Assembly (NCBI RefSeq): GCF_006345805.1
Contig: NC_042997.1
Location: 192,510,001-192,574,000, forward strand
Source of the DNA: Octopus sinensis
Taxonomy: Eukaryota
Direction: 5' to 3'
Length of the DNA: 64,000 nt
Position 1 is the stretch's first letter; every line of letters begins with the position of its first letter. The notes beneath the pieces are model-generated. The model worked only from the letters and a program-made list of their open reading frames with translations. It was not told the origin of the DNA and did no database searches. Below are positions 39,870 to 53,807 of the stretch, piece by piece. The translations under genes were made by a program, and so were the position numbers.

Positions 39870-40180
39870 ACTGTTGTTGTTTTTGCCGATATTGCTATTA
39901 TTACTATCGTTGTTGTTGCTGTTGCTGGTGGTGGCGGCGGCGGCGGCGGCGGCGGTGGTGGTGGTGGTGGTGGTGGTGACAGCGGTGATGGTGATCGTGA
40001 TGGTTGTCGTGTTGGTGGTGATGGTAGTAGTGGTGATTGCGATGGTGGTGGTGATGTTAGTGGTGGTAGTGGTGCGGCTGCTGCTGTAATTGCTGTGGTT
40101 GTGACTGTCGTTGTTGGTGGTGGTGCAGTGGTTGTGGCTGTTTTTATTGTTGTCATGGTTGTTGTTGCTGTTGTGTGATG
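39870..40180. repeat. Compound (GTT/GGT/GGC)n array
   Basis: Direct reading. Confidence 0.9.
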
Positions 40181-40388
40181 GCGGCGAGTAAGGGGCGAAG
40201 TCGATTAAATCGAACTCAGTGCTCAAATAGTACTTATTTTATTGACCCCGCCCCCCAAAAAAAGATGTAATTGGACCTCAGCGGAATTTGAACTCAGACG
40301 AAATGCCGCTAATCATTTTGCCCAGTGCGGTAACAATTCTTCCAGGTCTCTGACCTCAATAACTGAAATATTAATTTATATCCTAGAA

Positions 40389-40568
40389 CAGTGCTTTTCT
40401 AAACTTTTTGCTGGAGCGGAACCCCAAGGAAACATTCCACTGGCTCGGGGAACCCCTGTGCAATAATTTAATAGTCTTATGCACACATATCTGCACAGGA
40501 GAATTAAAAATGACTGCCGACTTTAGCAGTTTTGTAACTTCTTGCGGAACCCTGGTTGAAAACCACTG
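40389..40568. mobile_element. hAT (Charlie-like) MITE
   Basis: TIRs CAGTGCTTTTC / GAAAACCACTG; 8-bp TSD tcctagaa/tccgagaa. Confidence 0.85.
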
Positions 40569-40583
40569 TCCGAGAAGAATATA

Positions 40584-41134
40584 TAGTAATTCCTCGACTA
40601 TCGCAGGTGTTACGTTCCGAAACCCCCCGCGATAGGTGAAAATCCGCGAAGTAGAAACAGTACTGTACTGTGTGTATATATATATATATAAAGGGTAAAG
40701 ACCCCCTTCGGTCATGAATGACCATGGGATTGCACCTAGAAAGTTACCCTCCTAGACACAAGTCCGGGCAAGGTTGTTTATGGAAGACCAGCAGTCGCCC
40801 ATGCATACCAGCCTCCCCTCTCCACGCCACCAGTGTTATCCAAGGGAAAGACAAAGGTCGATACAGCTTGGCACCTGTGACGTCGCAACTCATTTCTACA
40901 GCTGAGTGAACTGGAGCAACGTGAAATAAAGTGCCTTGCTCAAGAACACAACACGCAGCCCGGTCCGGGATTCGAGCTCACAACCTCACGATCGTAAGCC
41001 CGACGCTCATATATATAGTAATAATTTGTTTATATTTATTTTATTATAAATACAAAGCAACACCACGGTGGGATCGACATAAGCTTAAATAATAAACCGC
41101 GATAGGTGAACCGCGATATGGCGAAAGATTACTG
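40584..41134. mobile_element. Tc1/mariner (Tigger-like) MITE containing a nested SINE
   Basis: TIRs (c/t)agtaattcctcg / cgaaagattactg, TA flanks, subterminal ccgcgataggtgaa repeats. Confidence 0.75.
40693..41008 (-). mobile_element. SINE, C core with tail W (RTE-5'-like)
   Basis: Same family as 54263-54592; inserted in (TA)n. Confidence 0.85.
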
Positions 41135-41157
41135 TAATATATTCATTAACAATAATA

Positions 41158-41408
41158 AACGCGCCCTTTTAAAGCCTAGCCAGGCTCATGGCCCCGGTTT
41201 CCCGGTTTCAATGGCGTATGTGTTCCCCAGCTAGACGGGACACCAGTCCATCGCAGCTTTACTTATTTTGTTAAGCTGAGTGAACTGGAGCAACGTGAAA
41301 TGAAGTGTTTTGCTCAAGAACAAAACGCGTCGCCCGGTCCAGGAATCGAAACCACAATCTTACGGACATGATGCTGACACGCTAACCACCAAGCCACGCG
41401 CCTCCACA
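41158..41408 (-). mobile_element. SINE, head C with tail Z
   Basis: Homologous to 29767-30022. Confidence 0.9.
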
Positions 41409-41644
41409 ATATATTTATTACTCAGAAAGAAATGTTGATTATTGTCTTGTGTACAGAAATTTCTTCCGGCTAATTGTCAGGTTATGATTTCAAAGAATTT
41501 AAGTGTATTGTAGCGAATGTGAGAGAGAATTAAATTAGCAAATAAGATACAAATGGATAGAAGACAGAATGGCATGTTCTGGAAGTAAATATTTAAAAGC
41601 CATTTCTATGGATTTCTGAATTATTACGCTTATTATTAATATTG

Positions 41645-42115
41645 ATTTCAAATTTTGGCACAAGCCAGCAATTTCGGGGGAGGAAGTCGACTTCAACGTT
41701 CAACTGGTACTTATTTTATCGATCCCGATAGGATGAAAGGCAAAATCAATATCGGCGGAATTTGAACTCAGAAAGTGAAGACAGACGAAATGATGTTAAG
41801 CATTTTCCCCGGCGTGCTAACGATTCTGTCAGCTCGCCGCCTTTGACATATTATTAATATTAGAAACCTTCGTTTGCCGTTACGTTGTGAGTTCAAATTC
41901 CGCCGAGGTCGACTTTGCCTTTCATCCTTTCGGGCGAAATGCGTAGCCGTATTTCGTTTGCCGTTACGTTGTGAGTTCAAATTTCGCCGAGGTCGACTTT
42001 GCCTTTCATCCTTTCGGGGTCGAAAATTAAGTACCAGTGAAACACTGGAATCGATGTTATCGACTTAATCCGTTTGTCCCCTCTGTATTTAGCCCCTTGT
42101 GGGTAATAAAGAAAC
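41645..42115. mobile_element. Two head-to-head SINE family A copies
   Basis: 41645-41843 (-) and 41870-42115 (+, internally duplicated). Confidence 0.85.
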
Positions 42116-42470
42116 AAATATTAGAAACCTAACTAGATATCACAGGGAAAATTTTCCAAACATTTCGTTGTCAGATAAATTCATTCATCTTCTTTCTTTT
42201 TCTTTCCTCGTTACTTCTTCAAAGTTATTTGAATTGACACGAAAAATAATTTTATTAAAGTGTTTTATTTACTATTTTTATCTATTTATTATTTATCTAC
42301 AACTTCTGATTATCGTTTTATAAATTTAACACGAACGAATTTAGCTGACAGACAAATATTTCAACTTCCACTGAGGAAAAAAGCTATGTAAGGGAGATAA
42401 CTCATGCTTTATAGCGATAGATTTACAAGATTTGATATGCAACGTTGCTGAAAAGTTTACAGAAAATGTA

Positions 42471-42476
42471 TTTATT
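42471..42476 (-). promoter_or_regulatory. Candidate polyadenylation signal of the EF-hand gene
   Basis: AATAAA on the minus strand ~200 nt past the stop codon. Confidence 0.5.
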
Positions 42477-42673
42477 AAATGTTACAAGCAATATTATTAT
42501 GGTTGAATCAGGAGTAAATCATAAATAATGATACAAAACATAAGAAATTGTAGAGATTTGTTTGTTTAATTAACAGTTTTTAAAAATTCATAATCGAGAA
42601 ATGTAATAAAATAGTGACGTCGTGTTGATGCTCGGAGTGAACTCCAGTCACTGTTTTTTCCGTAAAACAGTTA

Positions 42674-42875
42674 TTATTGATTTATATACAGGTCCAGAAA
42701 CTTCTCGTAGTCAATTTTCTCTGCGGTTTGGCACTGGTGTATGAGTATGTTACTGATCTTTTCTGTGTCGACATCCAAAGCAATATCCTGGATAGCTTTG
42801 TTTAATTCTTTCATCGTGAGAAAACCACTAGCATCTTTATCGATGGCATTGAACATCTTACGCATACCCATTTCT
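42674..42875 (-). CDS. Calmodulin-like EF-hand calcium-binding protein, last coding exon
   Basis: Polypyrimidine tract then ttacAG acceptor; phase matches the upstream exon; EMGMRKMFNAI-DKDASGFLTMKE-LNKAIQ…KIDYEKFLDLYINQ*. Confidence 0.92.
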
Positions 42876-43176
42876 CTGTAAGAAGAAAAAAAAAAAAAAG
42901 AGAAAGACGATTGTAGAAATTCTTTGATGGAAACGAAAATCAATACATTCGTACACGCATGAATGCATACATGCATACATACATACATACATACATACAT
43001 ACATACATACATACATACATACATACATACACACACACCGTATACACACATATGTATATAAACATGTACACACAGACGTGCACACACACATGTTGTATGT
43101 AGTATGTTGTATGTATGTTGTGTATGTATGTATGTATGTATGTATGTATGTGTATATATATATAATATATATATAT

Positions 43177-43226
<50 letters not shown>

Positions 43227-43671
43227 TACATACATATATATATGCAACAGAATCAATATTAGATTAAAGCAGCTGTCTGTATACCATACTTAATGTAAAT
43301 GCTTCGCGAAAAAATAAATTTACTGCAGTATTCGTCTGGAGATAATATCTCTTATAGACGTGGTGAGTTTAAAAACACAACATATAACGGAAGTAGTCGA
43401 ATATTGTCCAGCAGCACCTGGTAAGTATGTAGATGCACATTTCTGCCTCTCTGGCTATCGTCAGTAGCATGCATTCATAACCAACTTCATGCTAAGACGC
43501 CATCTGTGGCTTTCGATATACGAAAACACTGAATGAGCAATAGCTGGTGTTGCAAACAGCCGCTCGGCTGAATAAAAATCCGTTATATGCAACAAAGGTA
43601 CATATAATAGTCATCTCGGAGAAGATATACGCGGTTTCCATCTCCATTACAGAAGCTATTACACGAATGTG

Positions 43672-43910
43672 AGGAGGCGTGTGGCTTAGTGGTTAGGATT
43701 GTTGGCTTCATGATCGTAGTATTGTGGTTTCAATTCCTGGACCGGGCAACGCTTTGTGTTCTTGGGCAAAACATTTTTTTTTTCTCGTTGCTCCAGTTCA
43801 CTCAGCTGACAAAAGGAAGTATTCTTTCACGGACCGGCGTCTCGTCCAGGTGGGAAACATATACGCTTCGGAAACCTGGAAACTGGACCTATGAGTCTAT
43901 ATGACTTGTG
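43672..43910 (+). mobile_element. SINE family C (diverged)
   Basis: Family match. Confidence 0.8.
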
Positions 43911-44351
43911 CAGGATCTATTGAACGAATGTGCTAGCCTAATTTATGACTAATTGAATGTGTTAACCTAATTTATAAGAACTTAGAATTCTAAAAGTTGA
44001 CTTAGGAAAGGAAACTGGGTACGTCTTCTCTGAGGATCGGTCAATAAATCTGAAACGGTCCATCCTGAGACACCGCAGTCTTTTTTTTCTTGTGCACATC
44101 AAAAGCATAGAAATAATGTTTACAGTCTTCTTAGTTCATCTGCAGTTAGATTTTGTAATCTTTTGCCTTTTATCTTTTATTTGTTTTAATCATTGGACTG
44201 CAGCTGTATCTAGGCGTGGCCAAGAAAGCTTTAGTCGAACGAATCAACCCAGTTCTTATTTTTTTAATTACTGAACCGCTAAGTGGTAATGTAAACAAAC
44301 CAACACCGGCTGTCAGTCGTTTGAAGGGGCAAATACAAAGACGAAATTTGT

Positions 44352-44640
44352 GCACAGTTTGTTCCCGAGGTGCTCAGTGACGAATACAAGGAAATACGCG
44401 TTGGTGACAGCAGGGAGATGGTTGAGCGCATTACCATCACTCCAAGAGTACTTGAGTCTCAGGTGGTCTGTGATGAAAGCTGGATCTATTGTTAAGATCC
44501 AGAGACCAAGAGACAGACTGCCCAATGGAAGTATTCTGGCTCCCCCAGACACAAGAAGACCAGGTAAAGTAAGTCTGCTGGAAAGCTCATGATGATTCAC
44601 TATTTTTGCCGGCAAGGGTAACATCTACAGACACTGGGTC
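44352..44640 (+). pseudogene. mariner transposase fragment
   Basis: FVPEVLSDEYKEIRV…VVCDESWIYC*DPETKRQTAQWKYSGSPRHKKTR*SKSAGKLM. Confidence 0.9.
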
Positions 44641-44820
44641 CTCTTTTCTTCTAACTGACCGACAAGAAGTTGGCCGACATTACGACAATCACTATTTATC
44701 CACGAAAACCACAGCAGCTATATTTTTCTATCAGGCTTCAAGTGAAGCTTCTGAGACTAACAGTCACAGCAAAATGAAATGATTTCATTGGCTGAAGAAT
44801 TGCCGGTCACATAACGTTTC

Positions 44821-45046
44821 TGTTTCTTTACTGCCCACAAGGGGCTACACACAGAGGGGACAAACAAGGACAGAGAAACGGATTAAGTCGATTATATCGA
44901 CCCCAGTGCGTAACTGGTACTTATTTAATTGACCCCAAAAGGATGAAAGGCAAAGTCAACCTCGGTGGAATTTGAACTCAGAACGTAGCGGCAGACGAAA
45001 TACTGCAAAGCATTTCGCCGGGCGTGCTAACGTTTCTGCCAGCTCG
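44821..45046 (-). mobile_element. SINE family A
   Basis: Family match. Confidence 0.9.
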
Positions 45047-45464
45047 TTCCTAAGTTTTCGCTGCTATGTTCGCGTGAACAAGGCCGTACGACAAGTGAAA
45101 TTAGCAAACCAAGATGCTGACACTCTCAGCAAAGATTCAATATAAAATCTGTCAAAAGATCGTGAAATTACTCCGTGTAACAGCCATCACTAATTGTGTG
45201 ATATCATTGCCAGAAGCGTGTCGTGGCCGTTGTTAACAAGAGAAGCTGGATTGCTAGAGTTGGTTCTCACCACCAACAACAGATGCAGAAACAGATGGGA
45301 TAATGTAGAGAGAGTATAACATGCACACAGGCTGCCCCACACTGCCTTGTACCATAAACCGACGGGTGTCGGAAAGTGGGCTGTGATTCTCGGTTAGAGT
45401 GAAATACCGTAATATATCAGAGCTGATCAAGAGCCATATTACCATCACCACCCCACCACCACCA

Positions 45465-45504
<40 letters not shown>

Positions 45505-45569
45505 ACAACAACAACAACGACGACGACGACGACGACAACAACAAAAACAAAAACAAACGATCGACTTAC

Positions 45570-45664
45570 TTGACTTTCTTGTCAGGTATCTTCTTCATAG
45601 CTTCTTCGAATTCTTTACGAGAGATCACGTGATCATTATCAAGATCCAACTCGGTAAAAAGACG
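45570..45664 (-). CDS. Calmodulin-like EF-hand protein, penultimate coding exon (missed by the ORF track)
   Basis: ttttacAG acceptor, GTAAGT donor, 95 nt; RLFTEL-DLDNDHVISRKE-FEEAMKKIPDKKV(K); joins the last exon in frame. Confidence 0.92.
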
Positions 45665-46043
45665 CTGTAAAAGAATAAGAGAATAAAAGAATAAAATTTT
45701 ATAGAATGAATAAAATGCAATTCAATGACATCAGCCATTTTTTTTTTTTTTTTTTGTCGAAATGAAACTCAATTTAGAAAATTCAAAGAAAATTATATGT
45801 GAAAATTTCATATTTATTGATTAGTTGGCAGAAGCGCCAAAAGAAATTTTGCAAGGCGAGACGAACTTGTTTCTGACAAGAGGTGAAAGAAACAAGGGTG
45901 TGTCTGCGGCTCACGGCAAAACAGATATTGCAAGGAAGTTCGTTCCAAAAGCGCTGGTTCTGTTTTTTCTTCTCGCTAAAGTTTGATACTTCGAACGAAA
46001 GTTCTAAAAGCAGACACACACACACACCAACACACACACACAC

Positions 46044-46089
<46 letters not shown>

Positions 46090-46090
<1 letters not shown>

Positions 46091-47380
46091 TACATATGTG
46101 GGAAATTCTCTGTCTGTGGGTGTGTTTGTGGAGTTGTTACCTCACTCCTCACTACATCGTTGTATTGATTTTGATGAACTTGACACGTGATTAGAACTCA
46201 TGTCTGGAAACCTCATGGCATACTTAGATTGTTGAAAAATTCGATAACAGGGCTTCTGGAAGGGATTTTTATATATCTAATATATTTCATTTTAACAGCC
46301 AAGTGAAATAACCTATTCACCCAGATTTTAATAGCCAAGGGAAATAACCCATTCATTTTTCTAAATCATTTGGTATAAATCAAATTGAGTATGCTTATTT
46401 TTTTCTTAGTATTTGAACTGTTAGAGTTATTTTCGCTATTTATCCAGTACAATTTATCCAGTACAATTTATCCAGTACAACCCTTAAACAAGTAAATATT
46501 ATTTTCCTAAACAATAGATCCACTTATTTCGGTTAGTGACTTATTCACGAATATACCAACACTAGCGACGCTGAGGGTAATATTCTCTGGGAACGCACAG
46601 AAGGCCTTTTCAGAGTAATTTACTTTGAATTGTTATTATCTCATATCTGATTAGCCTGTTATTACGCAACATGCTTTACGATTTTAGTATATATACCTTA
46701 TTAGTATTTCCTCCTATGTTCTATATAATCTGGGAACGCACATACATACACACACGCGCAGACATACATCACTTCTATATATATATGATATTCTTTGTCT
46801 GTTCCCTATGCATTCTCAAACGGCTCCACCAAATCAAATCAAATTTTACAAGGTAATAGTATAAGCCTCCGCGAGTGTCAACATGTAATTATTTATTTTC
46901 AACAATCATAACAGATAGTCACAGAGAAGAAAATGTCTTTATTCCAAAATTTTTCTCTCATACCTACAGATGTTCCATTTGAATTTAAGATGTTTCAGTT
47001 TCCAGTCAAACTAAGTTTTGGTATTTCAATTAACAAATCTCAGGGTCAATCCCTCAAGGTTGTTGGACTTCATCTCTCTACTACATGCTCCTCTCACGGC
47101 CAACTCTATGTTGATTGCTCACGAGTTGGAAGCAGCAACAATTTATTCATTTGGACACCAACAAAAAATTACCCAGTGAATATTGTTTACTCTGAGATGC
47201 TTCAAGATTAACAGATTTTCAGTTCTAAATTCTATTACCATAAAATTTGGATATTTTTTTAAAAAACAATATATAGATATTTTGAAATAATTATGAGGAA
47301 AAAATATATCTTCATATTTATTGTTTACTTATCTGAATACGAAACAGTAGTAACCCGGGCAACGCCGTGTAATTCAGCTA

Positions 47381-47381
<1 letters not shown>
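46090..47381 (+). mobile_element. Internally deleted Helitron retaining the Pif1-like helicase C-terminus (46933-47211)
   Basis: PFEFKMFQFPVKLSFGISINKSQGQSLKVVGL…HGQLYVDCSRVGS; 3' hairpin plus CTAG|T. Confidence 0.92.
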
Positions 47382-47446
<65 letters not shown>

Positions 47447-47592
47447 ATATAGCACCACCGTGATCACCGTGACCGACCAGGCTATCAGATGTTGCTACAC
47501 ATCACTGGTCACAATGCGCTTTGCATTGTTTTAGATAGCCTTCAAATGACGCCACCACCCCGGCCCCGGTGCTAGCGAGAAGGCCCGATATA

Positions 47593-47638
<46 letters not shown>

Positions 47639-47643
47639 TATAT

Positions 47644-48173
<530 letters not shown>

Positions 48174-49101
48174 AAAAAATAATATATATATATATATAGA
48201 TATATATATGTTGTATGTATGTATGTAATGTATGTATGTATGTATGTATGTATGTATATGTAATATATTAATAGGAACTGGTCCTTTGTTAAATAGCTTG
48301 TTAAAATATGACCTATAATGATTTCTTACACAGGTTCAAATCCAAAAATTTACTATGAGTGAAGTCCATGATATTAACCCTTTGCTCTTAAATATTTGCT
48401 TAGACGGTTTGTCGATCCATCCGCCCATGATGACGAAAGAGGTAAAGTCAACCTCGGTGAGATTTGAACGTAAAACGTACAGCCCTGTAATTAAATATCT
48501 CATGGCGTTTAATTCCATCATTCAACGAATTTTTTATTTTTCTACCAATGCACCTTCTCTAGAGATGACTAATATCAACAACAGTCATTTATGGCAGCCG
48601 GCAGCAAAGAATTATTTATAATTCCTGGCTGATAGATCTCCATGGAAACAAGCAAGACAGCCAAGCGGACGCCATTAAAGGAATTGAGATAAAATTTTGC
48701 GAGCGAGGAATTTTGCTTTTCACAATCTCTAATCTTATACTTTCTTTAATTTAAACGAAAAGAAATTTTAAGATCTTTCTACAATTCACCTTATCAGTCA
48801 CCTAATAATTTATCTGTTCACTCATTCATTCTATCATTCATTTATTAGAAGATTATAATACGACGAAATCCCAAATATTCTATATAAAGACAACTAGCCG
48901 CAAATCGAGATCGCCCACCTCGCCTCTAAATAATTTATCACATGCTCTGACAGACATAATTATATTTCCCTTTGGGACTCAAAGAGTTGAGTGGGGAAGA
49001 GGTTACGGTTAGGTTTACAGTTTTGGGGATAAGTAATTTCGGAATTATATATATTCCAAATATATATTTTGGGTATGTATGTATGTAGTATGTATGTATG
49101 C

Positions 49102-49140
<39 letters not shown>

Positions 49141-49269
49141 ATTTGGCTCAAAAGCAAATAGCAAGGCCATGTAGGGGGATGTATGTATGTATGTATGCAT
49201 GTATGTATGTATGTATGTATGTATGTATGTATGTATGTATGTATGCATGCATGCATGCATGCATGTATG

Positions 49270-49301
<32 letters not shown>

Positions 49302-49316
49302 TGTATGTATGTATGT

Positions 49317-49765
49317 CATTGTTCAAGATTTTTTCAAGATTTCTTGCCAGTAGAGAAAGAGCCGGTTTCTAACCTAAATTCAAGGCTCCTTCACTGGAAT
49401 TTCAACTTCAACAACAAGGTACTTTTGTTTGTATGCATTTTTGTTTGTTATCCTACCCACGGATTTCATTATAGAGTGCCCGGTAGCTACAGCATCATGT
49501 CTCATCGGTAGATAATACCGTGATGACATTTACGGACAGCTGCTTATGTTGTGGGTAATATCTTCAGTGTTAACTTCACGAGGTCTGCATCGGTTGTTAC
49601 ACTTCACTGCTTTTCCTGCATTTCTGTCCCTTTTGTACATCAGGTATTTGGTTGATATTTCCTGTTCCTGGATTGCAAAAGCATACCCTTCAGTGCGGGA
49701 GGTAGTAATCCGGCTATTGGTCCATGATAGACTGCTTTGATGATCAATGTTACTATCATCTATGC
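49317..49765 (-). mobile_element. Dong/R4-like RLE retrotransposon fragment (second family)
   Basis: IDHQSSLSW…TEGYAFAIQEQEISTKY…CNNRCR…EDITHNISSCP*MSSRYYLPMRHDAVA, plus 3' end abutting (CATA)n. Confidence 0.8.
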
Positions 49766-49993
49766 ATGCATATATATTAAAATACATGCATAATATTTAA
49801 TGTATACATATTTAATATATACATATTTAATATATACATATTTACATACATATTTAATATATATTTAATAAATACATATTTAATATATACATGTATGTAT
49901 GTATGTATGTGTGTATGTATGTATGTATGTATGTATGTATGTATTTATGTATGTATGTATGTATGTATGTATGTATGTATGTATGTATGTATG

Positions 49994-50071
<78 letters not shown>

Positions 50072-50139
50072 TCTTTATATATATGTACATACATACACCA
50101 AAACGAAGTATAAAAGATCATTCCCGAGCCATAAACTAG

Positions 50140-50363
50140 TAAGGCCAGTTTCCCAGATTCTATAGTGTATATATTTCTCTCCCTGGATGGCACACCGGTG
50201 TGTCGCAGGACTGCTCAGTTTTGCCTGGTGAGTGGAGTGGAGCAAGGTGAAATTAAGTGTTTTGTTCAAGTACACAACGCATGACCCGGTCCAGGAATCG
50301 AAACGACAATCTTATGACCATGAGTCTAAAACACTAACCACTAATCACTGAGCCACACGCCCT
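50140..50363 (-). mobile_element. SINE family C (diverged)
   Basis: Family match. Confidence 0.75.
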
Positions 50364-50430
50364 CATCACCAACACACGCACACGCGCACATACTTCCAAA
50401 CGTACATACATACATACATACATACATACA

Positions 50431-50463
<33 letters not shown>

Positions 50464-50470
50464 TATCACA

Positions 50471-50510
50471 ACTGCCCGATGAACGGGGACGCGAACCTCT
50501 GAGTAGCAGT
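50471..50510 (+). ncRNA. Degenerate minimal hammerhead motif (second copy at 51436-51474)
   Basis: actgc-CCGATGA-acg(ggga)cgc-GAAC-CTCTGAG-TA-gcagt; several core substitutions. Confidence 0.5.
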
Positions 50511-50679
50511 CTTTTGTGTTATTTTTGCGAAATCTTTGCAGATTTAATAATTAAGTAATATATTACTCTACCTCTGGTATTCGAGTACTATTTTTTCCCA
50601 CTTTGTTTCACATTCATGTGCTTACTCGGGATCAATATACACACACACACACACACAACACCATATATATTATATATAT

Positions 50680-50741
<62 letters not shown>

Positions 50742-51251
50742 TATTATATATATATATATAATATAAAACATAAACTATTACTTGGAATAATGTATAGCTC
50801 ATACTATAATTGATTCACTAATATATTGTATTGTTGAGGATAATATAGGAAATCTCTGGTGTTTAAAACATAGAAATAGGCAGATATTTAGAACAATTAC
50901 AAATGATAAAAGAATACGTGCAGATGGGTTGCATGTATATATAATATGCACCCATTCGCACGTATTTTTTTAATTGTATTTTGTTCTAAATTCTTGCATT
51001 AGTATATATATATATAATCATGCATATACGTGTCTAAATGCGTGTGTGGTGTGTATGCGTATATACGTGTGTAACGAACATATTTTCTACATGGAAGATC
51101 ATAAAAGATAGCAAAGTATGTGAAGGTTTTATTTGTGAGTTGTTAAGCACTAAAGGATGCATAGCGTTGCAGGTGTGCTTCTCTGAAGGCTGCTGATGGA
51201 ATTTTATTTGAACTGGGTCTTTTGCAGAGATCACTAAGTAGTTCTGTTAAT

Positions 51252-51351
51252 NNNNNNNNNNNNNNNNNNNNNNNNNNNNNNNNNNNNNNNNNNNNNNNNN
51301 NNNNNNNNNNNNNNNNNNNNNNNNNNNNNNNNNNNNNNNNNNNNNNNNNNN
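51252..51351. other. Assembly gap (100 N) with duplicated flanks
   Basis: 50396-51251 is repeated at 51352-52251. Confidence 0.97.
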
Positions 51352-51382
51352 CCAAACGTACATACATACATACATACATACA

Positions 51383-51413
<31 letters not shown>

Positions 51414-51600
51414 CATACATACATATATTATCACAACTGCCCGATGACGGGGACGCGAACCTCTGAGTAGCAGTCTTTTGTGTTATTTTTTGCAGTCTTT
51501 GCAGATTTAATAATTAAGCATATTACTCTACCTCTGGTATTCGAGTACTATTTTTTCCCACTTTGTTTCACATTCATGTGCTTACTCGGGATCCATATAT

Positions 51601-51637
<37 letters not shown>

Positions 51638-51902
51638 GTATTATATATATATATATAATATAAAACATAAACTATTACTTGGAATAAGGTATAGCTCATA
51701 CTATAATTGATTCACTAATATATTGTATTGTTGAGGATAATATAGGAAATCTCTGGTGTTTAAAACATAGAAATAAGGCAAGATATTTAGAACAAGATAC
51801 AACGATAAAAAAAATACGTGCAGATGGGTTGCATGTATATATATATATGCAACCCATTCGCACGTATTTTTTTTATTGTATTTTGTTCTAAATATCTTGC
51901 GT

Positions 51903-51961
<59 letters not shown>

Positions 51962-51968
51962 ATATATA

Positions 51969-52020
<52 letters not shown>

Positions 52021-52359
52021 GTAATCATACTATACGTGTCTAAATGCGTGTGTGGTGTGTATGCGTATATACGTGTGTACGAACATATTTTCCTACAATG
52101 GAAGATCATAAAAGTATGTGAAGGTTTTAGTCTTCAGTTGTTAAGCACTAAAGGAAGCATAGCGTTGCAGGTGTGCTTCTTTGAAGGCTGCTGATGGAAT
52201 TTTATTTGAACTGGGTCTTTTGCCAGAGATCACTGACTAGTAGGTCTGTTACTTCTGCTAAAAAAATTCCTGTATAGCTTTGATAATGTGGAAGGTGAGA
52301 ATCGTACCTTTCCACTGATTTTGTCAATGTGCATTTTGAGTGAATTTGGTACACGGATA

Positions 52360-52610
52360 CTAAGTGGATACAAAAAGGGACTTGAAAATACAAGGACGTG
52401 TCATTCGGCGTTTTCTTTCGTCAGTCGAGTTCCAGATTATCTTTGCAGTTTCGGCTGGTTATACTCGAGACTGCTCCAATCTGGCCAGCCCCAAGGAAAA
52501 GCTAAGCTAAGAGCACTAGATTCCTTGAAAGAAAGCAGCGAATGTATTCGAAAAAACGGGGAAATGGTACATAAATATAAATGTAAACAACAGGACATTA
52601 ACAACATACA
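52360..52610 (-). mobile_element. Penelope-like terminal repeat, diverged homologue of 34578-34790
   Basis: Shared ccttggggctggcc…cagccgaaa…CTGANGA…GAATG. Confidence 0.65.
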
Positions 52611-53111
52611 CACACACACATAGTTTTATATATATATATATATATATAACTCCAAGAAAGTTAGGGGTTGTCTGGGGAAAGGGATAATATCTATCCAATA
52701 TACTGCTGGTATAATACCCAGTTATTAATACACAAGTGTTTTTTTATTGCAATGCAATTAACTTACCTAATGTATTAAATGGGTGAAGGTAAAGAGATAT
52801 TTTACCATTAATTTATATTGCAAATAAGAAAATGGAGGAGTACAATAGTTCGTTCATCAGCTTTAGGACATTAAATATGTTAACTTATTTATTTATTAAA
52901 ACGATAATCATAATAACATACATACATATAGCATATTATTCTATGCATATAAAAAAGAATACAAGTAATTATTAAAAAATGAATATAAATTATTAAAACA
53001 ACTTACAGCTGTTTCAGCCCATGATAATAAATAAATAAGTTACTACTTAACATTTTTAATGTCCTAAAGCTGATGAACCAACTATTGTGCTCCTCCATTT
53101 TCTTATTTGCA

Positions 53112-53170
<59 letters not shown>

Positions 53171-53196
53171 ATATATATATATATATATATATATAT

Positions 53197-53337
53197 TCTT
53201 TTACTTGTTTCAGTCATTTGACTGCAGCCATGCTGGGGCACCGCCTCTAGTCGAGCAAATCGATTCCAGGACTTATTCTTTGTAAACCTAGTACTTATTT
53301 TATCGGTCTCTTTTGCCGAACCGCTAAGTTACAGGGA
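53197..53337 (-). mobile_element. SINE family B, 3' part
   Basis: Family match. Confidence 0.85.
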
Positions 53338-53353
53338 TATATATATATATATA

Positions 53354-53385
<32 letters not shown>

Positions 53386-53807
53386 CATACATACATACAT
53401 ACTTACATATATACATGCATACATACACACGCGCTAACACACACACACACATATTTCAAATATCAATTATAATAATAACAAAGGGTAAAAATCATTAATG
53501 ATTTTTATCAGGTGGTCAGCGCGGGGAATAGAAACCTCATAGGTAACTTTTTACAAATATTTTATAATTATATATAGCTGATGAAGGCAATAGGTAATAT
53601 TTTTTTTACTTTAAGTTGGAAACAGGATCTTGTACGCGGTTAATCGAAACTTTAATTCATTTTCTTTCTTTTGCTAACCTATTATGTGGTGTGTTTTTTC
53701 TCGGAGAATTTATGGTGGTAATAGTGTCTTTTGACGTCTATTTTTAAGTGCGTGGCGAGGCGCAAGCCAAGCCCTTATTATGATTATGCATATAATTATA
53801 AAATATT

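Noticed and set aside
42876-43087. N-terminal extension of the 137-aa EF-hand ORF
   Set aside because: Intronic microsatellite and polypyrimidine tract; the true acceptor is at 42875
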